64,000 bases of DNA. It comes from Candidatus Kaiserbacteria bacterium. Lineage in GTDB: Bacteria; Patescibacteriota; Minisyncoccia; Phycocordibacterales; Phycocordibacteraceae. The notes below the pieces were generated by a model. It did no database searches. It was given only the letters and a program-made list of their open reading frames with translations, and had not been told where the DNA came from. Numbering within the stretch: position 1 is the first letter of the stretch; every line of letters begins with the position of its first letter. This document shows, piece after piece, positions 57,852-64,000 of the stretch. The position numbers were made by a program, and so were the translations under genes. The stretch spans positions 212,254 to 276,253 of the forward strand of contig DAIDIW010000002.1 in assembly GCA_027451665.1 (NCBI GenBank). The letters run 5' to 3'.

Positions 57852-58202
57852 CTAGAACGGGATTACGGTAGACGTCGCCGCGCTCGAAGTGGCGGCCGGG
57901 TTCGGCGCATTTACGATCTCGATATGCGCGCTCTGGCTCGAGCCGGAATAGAGCGCCGCTGCCGCGCCGGCGAGCTGCGTCGATTGCGGCGCGGTGGTTC
58001 CCCCCGATTCTGCCGGAGCGATGCCCGCTGCTGCCGCGAAATTGCCGTCCTTGAGCGCGTACGCATTCGTCGCAAGCGAAACGCCGAGCCATAGCAATCC
58101 GATAAACAGGGCGATACCGCCGGCCATCCCGTACGCAATCGACTTGCGCACATGATGCGGCTTTGCCTTCACGGAATCGAGCTTTTTGAAAAGGGCCTGC
58201 AT
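57852..58202 (-). CDS. hypothetical single-TM protein
   Basis: 116 aa, [24 protein letters not shown], Ala/Ser-rich tail. It sits upstream of gyrA on the same strand. Confidence 0.4.
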   Translation of the reverse strand: MQALFKKLDSVKAKPHHVRKSIAYGMAGGIALFIGLLWLGVSLATNAYALKDGNFAAAAGIAPAESGGTTAPQSTQLAGAAAALYSGSSQSAHIEIVNAPNPAATSSAATSTVIPF

Positions 58203-58210
58203 GGTGTGAC

Positions 58211-58852
58211 CTAGGGGAGTATCACGATTATACTCCCGTCGCGTCCGACGAGATCCTTCCGCTTGAGCGTGAGCTTATCCGTCTTCTCGGTCCCGTTTCC
58301 GGATTCCTTGAGGAAAGCGTCGAGTGCTTTCGGCTGACCCATGCCGCTCCAGTGCATCGGGACGATGATCTTCGGCTCGAGCGAAACCGCAAGCTCGTGC
58401 GCGTCCGCCGGCGAAAGAACGCCCTCTCCACCCACCGGGACGAAGAGCACGTCGATCTCGTCGATGCCTTCGCGCGCGGATTTCGGCAGTTCCGTATCCG
58501 AGAGCGCGCCCAAATGCACGAGCGTCATTTCCTCAAGCTCGACCGAGTAGATGGTATTCACGCCCTTTTCCTTACCCTTCTCGAGACCGAACCGGCTGTT
58601 CGAGAGGAATCCCTGCACGGTAACGCCCGCTTTCTCGTACTCACCAGGCCCGGAGATCACAAAGGGTACCTTCTCGCCGTAAGTCACCTCCTCGGCGCCA
58701 TTCATGGCTGAGTTATCACGCGAGATGAGCGCGATATCGGCGCCGAAGCGCACAGACGGTAGCGAAGCGCCTTTCGCAATGGGGTCGAATACGAGCGTAA
58801 GATCGCCGAGGGTCACTTTGAAGCACTGACCGCCGTGATGGGTAATCACCAT
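58211..58852 (-). CDS. MBL-fold metallo-hydrolase (UPF0173-like)
   Basis: MVITHHGGQCFKV...DP...ALISRDN..M (HxHxDH-like region). 213 aa. Confidence 0.65.
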   Translation of the reverse strand: MVITHHGGQCFKVTLGDLTLVFDPIAKGASLPSVRFGADIALISRDNSAMNGAEEVTYGEKVPFVISGPGEYEKAGVTVQGFLSNSRFGLEKGKEKGVNTIYSVELEEMTLVHLGALSDTELPKSAREGIDEIDVLFVPVGGEGVLSPADAHELAVSLEPKIIVPMHWSGMGQPKALDAFLKESGNGTEKTDKLTLKRKDLVGRDGSIIVILP

Positions 58853-58933
58853 ATATGTGCATATTCTACTGCAAAAATGAGCCTCATGCTAGCGTAAGAC
58901 GAGGTGCATTCAGACGCCTAGATAAGGAGTCCC

Positions 58934-59047
58934 GATGAGAATCATCCTCAAGAACCTCGGCGTGCGAGGAGAAGGTTGGGGTGGAGACATTCACCCGATG
59001 ACCGACGAAGGCGAGATCACCGACGGCGGCACACTCCTCTGGGTCTG
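58934..59047 (+). CDS. possible 37-aa small protein
   Basis: AAGGAG RBS 5 nt upstream of ATG. MRIILKNLGVRGEGWGGDIHPMTDEGEITDGGTLLWV. A terminator hairpin lies 30 nt downstream. Confidence 0.3.
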
Positions 59048-59075
59048 AGTCGGATCGCACGGGAAGGGCCGACAG

Positions 59076-59106
59076 GGCGGCGCGTGAGCGACGCGCCGCC
59101 CTTTTC
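59076..59106 (+). terminator. rho-independent terminator
   Basis: gcggcgcgt-gagcg-acgcgccgc followed by CCTTTTC. Confidence 0.5.
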
Positions 59107-59521
59107 ATGCGACGCCGTAACCGGCCTGTGGATACCCGCGCTGCGGGACGCGTCTCTTGCTATGATTCGTTCGTTCGCAGCTCTTTGTGGGCGTTCGCCC
59201 ACCCTGCCCCGCAGCAGCGCGGATGTCGCGAGACGATCCGCAACGAGGAGCAGCTCTCAGTCGCCGGATCACGCTACGGGGTCCGGAGTGACCGGGCGGT
59301 ACCGGAATCGACGGATTCATGGTCCAAGCTCCCGGTCGGGCATTCCTGCCACGCGCGATTACGTGGCCCTTCCCTTCCATGGGAACCCTTTTGACGGCAC
59401 GCCGGACTTCCGGACGTGGCCGTCTTCATTTATAGGACGACGCGTGCTATAGTTCGCCTCGAATGGTGCTGGCAGTAGCGGGGGACTAACCCCCTGCCAT
59501 CGGAGGGCGCTGCCCTCCTGG

Positions 59522-60679
59522 ATGACAGGTACCCTCCGTGAGAATCCGCACCGCCAAGATATGGAAGTAGAAGAGAAGAAGGCTGCGCCGGCAGCCATGA
59601 TGATGCACGTCGCGGAAGGTCACCCTATGGCGGCCTTTATAAACGATATCCCGATGCCGCCGTCTTCTGGCGACCTCGTCGAGGGCACTATCGTCGCTAT
59701 TAATCGCGGCCGCGTGTATGTGGACCTGCCGCCGTTCGGCACCGGCCTTATCTACGGGCGCGAGTACCTGAACGCGGCGGACATGCTGCGCAAGGCGAAT
59801 ATTGGTGATGCGATCAGCGCGAAGGTCGTCGATCCGGCTGGCCGCGACGGCTATATCGAGCTCTCGCTCAAGGAGGCGCGCCAGGCGGCCATCTGGGGCG
59901 AAGCTGAACAGGCTATCGTTGCGGAAACGGTGTACACGATTCCGGTCGAGGAAGCAAACAAGGGAGGCCTCATCCTCTCGTGGCAGGGCATCAAGGGCTT
60001 TCTCCCTGCATCCCAGCTTACAAAGGAACACTATCCGAGGGTCCCTGAGGGCGACAAGGATAAGATACTCTCCGAACTCATGAAGTTCGTCGGCCATCCG
60101 CTCTCGGTCCGTATCATTACCGCCGACCCGAAGGAGGGCAAGCTCATTTTCTCCGAGCGCACCGGCAACGAGGCTGAAGAAAAGGCATCGCTCATCGACA
60201 AGTACCAGGTCGGCGACACGGTTGAAGGCGAAATCACGGGCGTCGTCGATTTCGGCGTCTTCGTGAAGCTCGAGCCGGGTCTCGAAGGTCTCGTGCATAT
60301 CAGCGAACTCGACTGGGGCCTCGTCGAGGATCCTCGCGCGCTCTTCAGCGTGGGCGATGCGGTAAAGGTAAAGGTCATCGAGATCAAGGACGGCAAGGTC
60401 TCGCTCTCCATCAAGGCGCTCAAGGAGAATCCGTGGCACACCGCGGCGGAGCGTTACAAAAAGGGCATGGAGGTACCGGGCGTCATCATTAAGTACAACA
60501 AGCACGGTGCGCTTGCTTCGATCGAGGAAGGCGTCGCCGGCCTCGTACACGTGAGCGAATTCTCTTCCCCGCAGGAACTGCGCGAGAAGCTCGAGCTCGG
60601 CAAGACGTATCCGTTCACCATCTCGCTCTTCGAGCCGAAGGAGCAGCGTATGACGCTCTCCTACGTCGAGAAGAAGTAA
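59522..60679 (+). CDS. rpsA: 30S ribosomal protein S1, 4 S1 domains; start uncertain (59522/59561/59597)
   Basis: Four S1 repeats (GDLVEGTIVAINRGRVYVDL; ...GLILSWQGIKGFLPASQL; GDTVEGEITGVVDFGVFVKL; ...GVIIKYNKHGALASIE). Confidence 0.8.
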   Translation: MTGTLRENPHRQDMEVEEKKAAPAAMMMHVAEGHPMAAFINDIPMPPSSGDLVEGTIVAINRGRVYVDLPPFGTGLIYGREYLNAADMLRKANIGDAISAKVVDPAGRDGYIELSLKEARQAAIWGEAEQAIVAETVYTIPVEEANKGGLILSWQGIKGFLPASQLTKEHYPRVPEGDKDKILSELMKFVGHPLSVRIITADPKEGKLIFSERTGNEAEEKASLIDKYQVGDTVEGEITGVVDFGVFVKLEPGLEGLVHISELDWGLVEDPRALFSVGDAVKVKVIEIKDGKVSLSIKALKENPWHTAAERYKKGMEVPGVIIKYNKHGALASIEEGVAGLVHVSEFSSPQELREKLELGKTYPFTISLFEPKEQRMTLSYVEKK

Positions 60680-60733
60680 CAAGCTTGATAAAAGGATTCG
60701 CCGGACCGCAAAGCGGTCCGGCGTTTTCCGTAC

Positions 60734-61273
60734 TCATACCTTTACCTTGAACCAGCGATACCGGTTTGCCCATCCCGCGTTCCGCCAGTGTTCCTTCCAT
60801 TCCTTATCGGTGAGCCTGAGCGTGAAGTATGCGTGGCATATGCGTATGTACGTCAAGGCTGGATGCGGAAAGGTCCGACTATAGGAAACCCCACCTTTGG
60901 TCGACGTGATCCGTTCAGGATCTACCTTTCGGCCGATCGTCTCGATCAGGTGCATGACGAGCGCCTCGCGCGGATCCATGAGATCCGGAAAGAGATGCGT
61001 GAAGCTCGGCGAAGAAGTACGACTTTCCGTAGGCGTACGATCGGACTCGTCTTTGCCAAGCTTGATGAAGCCCCATGTCCGGCTATGCGCGACCACCTCG
61101 AGCTCCGCACATTGTTCGAAGAGCATGAGACTCTCGTCGTCCGACAATTTCGCATCGAGCTGATGGCAATGGACGGATTCGCATAAATGGTCGAACTGGT
61201 TCAGTGGAATACTCTGTAGCATGCAGCGCTTACGCAGCTCACATTTGAATTGCTCAGCAGTCAACTGGCGCAT
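60734..61273 (-). CDS. hypothetical Cys/His-containing protein
   Basis: Likely start MRQLTAEQFKCELRKRC (ATG 61273). 180 aa. The track ORF's longer 5' end is unsupported. Confidence 0.4.
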   Translation of the reverse strand: MRQLTAEQFKCELRKRCMLQSIPLNQFDHLCESVHCHQLDAKLSDDESLMLFEQCAELEVVAHSRTWGFIKLGKDESDRTPTESRTSSPSFTHLFPDLMDPREALVMHLIETIGRKVDPERITSTKGGVSYSRTFPHPALTYIRICHAYFTLRLTDKEWKEHWRNAGWANRYRWFKVKV

Positions 61274-61359
61274 TGCGTTCTCCCCTGTGATGTTATAGGC
61301 GTACAGTCTGGTGCGAACTATGCACCTCGGGGGGCGCTCCCGCAACGGGTATCGCACCC

Positions 61360-61389
61360 TTGACAGTGCAGAATCGGCTCTAGTAAAGT
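61360..61389 (+). promoter_or_regulatory. candidate sigma70-type promoter (TTGACA - 18 bp - TAAAGT)
   Basis: A perfect -35 hexamer at 61360-61365. The -10-like TAAAGT is at 61384-61389, alternatively TAGTAA with a 15-bp spacer. Confidence 0.35.
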
Positions 61390-61395
61390 GGGGGA

Positions 61396-61552
61396 AGTAG
61401 CTTACCTGCAGCAGCTGTGGCCCAACCTCGGACCGTGGCTTCGTCCCCAGAGTCACGGTCCGAGGAACGGGTCCTTAGAGCCCCTGCACACGAGTCGGAA
61501 GACTCACACTGTTCTTTCTTTTTCCGACCATGTCCTTCGGACATGGTTTTTC
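61396..61552 (+). ncRNA. candidate ~155-nt structured small RNA of unknown family
   Basis: A 12-bp perfect stem (cctcggaccgtg...cacggtccgagg, 61426-61466). A GNRA hairpin gagtc-GGAA-gactc (61492-61505). An intrinsic terminator ccatgtcc-ttcg-ggacatgg followed by TTTTTCTTTT (61528-61556). No + strand ORF is present. Confidence 0.35.
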
Positions 61553-61554
61553 TT

Positions 61555-62316
61555 TTACCCGAGGAATGCCTCGATGCGCCGCCAAAGGTGCGGCTTGAGC
61601 GCACTCGACGCGCCGAAGTGGCCGCCGCGCGGCAGTCCTGAAAATTGTGCGCCCACCTCTTCCGCGAATCGCTTCGCCGGAGCAAACGGCACGACCTCGT
61701 CATCCTTCGCGTGGATGATCATGAGCTTCTTCCCTGCTACTCCTTTCTTCTTGTGCTCCGGGTTGTAAAATTTCCCGCTCGCGAGCTTCCTCCAGACCGA
61801 AACCTTGCCGCGATACGCAGAGCCGAATGCCTCGTGCACGAAGCGCGCCATTATATCGACCGGCTCGGTCGTCTTGTCTTGCGCGCGCCAGTCGATGACT
61901 GGCGAGAGCGCGACCACCTTATTAACGAGTGCATCCCTCGTCGACAGTATCGCCGCCGCTCCGCCGAAGGACGCGCCGATCACATACACTTGCGGATTCG
62001 CGACTTTCAGTACCTTCTGACTCCACGCGTCCATAAAACCCCTCCCGACGCCGTGTACGACTGCGAGGACGTCGTCAGTCGGTTCATGTGCGAGGAACAT
62101 GCCCGCGCTCTCCCAGCTACCTGCGTAGCGCGGGACGAATACCCAATACCCGCGCTCGGCGAGCGTGCGTATCGCTCGTCCGTTCCCACCCGGATACCCC
62201 GGCATTCCCGAGCACAAAACGATTACTTTGCGCGATTTCGTGAGCGGCGCCATGTACTCGCACGCGATGCCGCCGAAACGCGTCCGCCCTGGGTATTTCG
62301 GCAATTCTCGTTTCAT
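61555..62316 (-). CDS. alpha/beta hydrolase (prolyl-oligopeptidase/dienelactone-hydrolase-like)
   Basis: Nucleophile elbow GASFGG, HGxxD-like C-terminal motif IIHAKDDEVVPF...GGHF. Confidence 0.75.
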   Translation of the reverse strand: MKRELPKYPGRTRFGGIACEYMAPLTKSRKVIVLCSGMPGYPGGNGRAIRTLAERGYWVFVPRYAGSWESAGMFLAHEPTDDVLAVVHGVGRGFMDAWSQKVLKVANPQVYVIGASFGGAAAILSTRDALVNKVVALSPVIDWRAQDKTTEPVDIMARFVHEAFGSAYRGKVSVWRKLASGKFYNPEHKKKGVAGKKLMIIHAKDDEVVPFAPAKRFAEEVGAQFSGLPRGGHFGASSALKPHLWRRIEAFLG

Positions 62317-62900
62317 CGTGTATTCGCGAATTGCATCGCGGCTTCGAGTCCGTCCTCGACGAATAACTGCATGGTTTCGACCGACTTCTTGATCGCCTTC
62401 TTAAGTTCAACTTCTTCTGTCGGCTTGAACTTCCCAATCACGTGTTTGATGACCTTCTCCTCATCTTTTAGCTTCTTCGCCTGATTTTTCTTGCCCGACG
62501 GTGCGACCCCGATCCTGATGCGCGCATAGTCCTTCGTCTTCACCGCACGATTCACGCTCTCGATGCCCTTGTGGCCGCCGCTGCCGCGCCCAGAGACCAT
62601 TTTTATGGTGCCAATCGGCAGATCAAGATCGTCCTGCACCACGAGCAGGCTTTTCGCCGCAGCGCCCGACGTCTTTAAGAACATCACGACCGCTTTGCCC
62701 GAGTTATTCATAAAGGTCTCGGGGAGCACAAGGGTCACGCTGCCCTCCTTCGATACGAGTGCATTCGCCTTCTTGTTGAACGCGAACGCGCCGACGCCTT
62801 CCTTCTTCGCGTACGCCTCGACCGCCATGCGGCCGGCATTATGTCGGGTCTTTTCGTATTCCGTGCCGGGGTTCCCGAGCCCTACGATAACGAGCGCCAT
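62313..62900 (-). CDS. pth: peptidyl-tRNA hydrolase
   Basis: MALVIVGLGNPGTEYEKTRHNAG... Confidence 0.9.
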   Translation of the reverse strand: MALVIVGLGNPGTEYEKTRHNAGRMAVEAYAKKEGVGAFAFNKKANALVSKEGSVTLVLPETFMNNSGKAVVMFLKTSGAAAKSLLVVQDDLDLPIGTIKMVSGRGSGGHKGIESVNRAVKTKDYARIRIGVAPSGKKNQAKKLKDEEKVIKHVIGKFKPTEEVELKKAIKKSVETMQLFVEDGLEAAMQFANTR

Positions 62901-63058
62901 GACCGCTATTGTAGCTTACTGCACACGCAATGGAAAAATCGCATCCGGGAGGCTGCGCGCCATTCGGAAAATGCACATGCGGCCTCGCCTCTTCCACGAG
63001 CACCTAACGAAACTCGCGGAAAAGTTGACGCGCACGACGAGAGGAATACAATGCACGC

Positions 63059-63655
63059 ATGAATGACTCTGGAAAAGGTCTTCTCAAGGATCTTTTCACG
63101 CTTGCGCTCCTCATCGTAATCGTCGTCATCCCTATCCGCGTGTTCGTGGCTTCGCCATTCGTAGTGGACGGCGAGTCGATGCACCCCACGTTCGAGAACA
63201 TGGATTACCTTATCGTAGACGAGCTCGTCTACGATTTCCATAAGCCGGAGCGCGGCGACGTCATCGTGTTCCGCTATCCGAACGATCCTTCGATCTTCTA
63301 CATCAAGCGCATCATCGGCCTCCCCGGCGAGACGGTCTCCATAAGCCATGGCAAGGTCACGATCACGAAAGTGGACGGCATGAAGGTCACGCTAAACGAA
63401 CCGTACGTCGTAAACGAGGACGCAACCTACTCTAATAGTGTCACCCTCTCGAAGAGCCAGTATTTCGTCATGGGCGATAACCGCCCGAATTCATCCGACA
63501 GCCGCGTCTGGGGACCGCTCCCCGCAAAGGACATCATCGGCCGGGTGGATCTCCGCCTTCTCCCGCTCTCAAGAGCGGGCTTCTTCCCAGGCGAAGCGCA
63601 CTATCAGCCGAATGCATACGAGACGGGAACGATGACTGCTACAAGTACTCCATGA
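63059..63655 (+). CDS. lepB: signal peptidase I
   Basis: VVDGESMHPTF (Ser box), GDVIVF, YIKRIIGLPGE (Lys box), YFVMGDNRPNSSDSR. Confidence 0.85.
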   Translation: MNDSGKGLLKDLFTLALLIVIVVIPIRVFVASPFVVDGESMHPTFENMDYLIVDELVYDFHKPERGDVIVFRYPNDPSIFYIKRIIGLPGETVSISHGKVTITKVDGMKVTLNEPYVVNEDATYSNSVTLSKSQYFVMGDNRPNSSDSRVWGPLPAKDIIGRVDLRLLPLSRAGFFPGEAHYQPNAYETGTMTATSTP

Positions 63656-64000
63656 GAGAAGTCATTCCCGGTGACGAACTGCTAAAGAAAGCGCATTCGG
63701 TCGGTCAGTATTACGGATTCATGCCGCTCTCAGTACTTGCGGCGGAAACGCGCGGCGAGAAGAAGACGAAGCAGCGGCCGCTTCCGGAGATGCTCTCTGG
63801 GCTCACGCTCGATCCCATCGCGGAAACGGTCGCCGGCTTCCTGAAGCAATGTAAGACGATGAATATTGCGCCGAGTGCGAAGCTGCCGCTCTTTATCTGG
63901 CACACGAATATCGCGCCCGGTAGGCCGGCGCCGAAGAAGGCGGTGGTGCAGTTCCACGCGATCGGGACGGATCGTGCGATCGCGGACGCTGTAGTCATAC
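63652..64000 (+). CDS. hisS: partial CDS (runs off window end), class II aaRS HisRS/HisZ-like N-terminal region
   Basis: The ATG overlaps the lepB stop (ATGA). Manual translation MREVIPGDELLKKAHSVGQYYGFMPLSVLAAE...LSGLTLDPIAETVAGF resembles HisRS N-terminal motifs (G..D.LP....G..E...P..E...SLTLRPEGTA). There is no stop before the window end. Confidence 0.4.
   Translation, partial: MREVIPGDELLKKAHSVGQYYGFMPLSVLAAETRGEKKTKQRPLPEMLSGLTLDPIAETVAGFLKQCKTMNIAPSAKLPLFIWHTNIAPGRPAPKKAVVQFHAIGTDRAIADAVVI

Noticed and set aside
59107-59521. Possible tmRNA or RNase P RNA upstream of rpsA
   Set aside because: A GGAAUCGACGG motif is present, but there is no tag-peptide reading frame ending in (L/A)AA-stop and no tRNA-like 3' acceptor or T-arm. 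No RNase P P4 strands (AGGAAAGUCCGG / ACAGAANCCGGCUUA) are present. It is kept only as an unclassified structured leader.
61396-61552. SRP (4.5S) or 6S RNA identity for the candidate sRNA
   Set aside because: There is no 5'/3' terminal pairing or GGAAGCAGC helix-8 motif, and the GNRA loop is not at the apex of a long hairpin. It is reported as an unknown family instead.
1-64000. CRISPR arrays, rRNA genes, group I/II introns
   Set aside because: No regularly spaced direct repeats and no rRNA-like conserved stretches were seen. The only repeats are the pilin paralogs (protein level) and short palindromes.

Overview
This is a 64-kb high-GC (~62-66%) bacterial chromosome segment, mostly housekeeping genes on both strands. 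Housekeeping calls are: DedA, ZIP transporter, DsbA, MGMT, dnaX, dus, ftsQ-like, serS, an EEP nuclease, topA, a short relA/spoT, parB, a PRTase, peroxiredoxin, miaA, rpmG, clpB, cysteine desulfurase, a short infB, rbfA, class-IV aminotransferase, SPFH, gyrA, a 4-domain rpsA, pth, lepB and a partial hisS-like ORF at the 3' edge. There are seven tRNAs: Gln-TTG, Leu-CAA, Trp-CCA, Cys-GCA, Leu-TAA, Lys-CTT and Leu-TAG. Gene content suggests a streamlined Patescibacteria/CPR-like organism despite the high GC. The supporting gene content is a short IF-2 and RelA, L33, a HerA/VirB4-like DUF87 ATPase and an operon of five tandem TrbC/VirB2-like pilin genes with an SBP and a methyltransferase. A ~14-kb low-GC (38-55%) accessory island spans ~10.7-25.1 kb and ends at tRNA-Gln. 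A large serine recombinase sits next to that tRNA and its stop codon overlaps the tRNA 3' end. The island carries an IS256 transposase fragment, a serine-recombinase fragment, a very AT-rich 590-aa multi-TM protein, a CD-NTase/SMODS-like nucleotidyltransferase flanked by membrane proteins, an amino-acid ABC transporter, a Rep-like gene and several hypotheticals. The nucleotidyltransferase and its neighbours are the best candidate for a novel nucleotide-signalling defence module. Further candidates are an sRNA with its own promoter and terminator at 61.4 kb, a structured leader region with a micro-ORF upstream of rpsA, and a C39-peptidase gene remnant. No CRISPR array or rRNA was seen. Hairpin-plus-T-tract terminators are annotated throughout.
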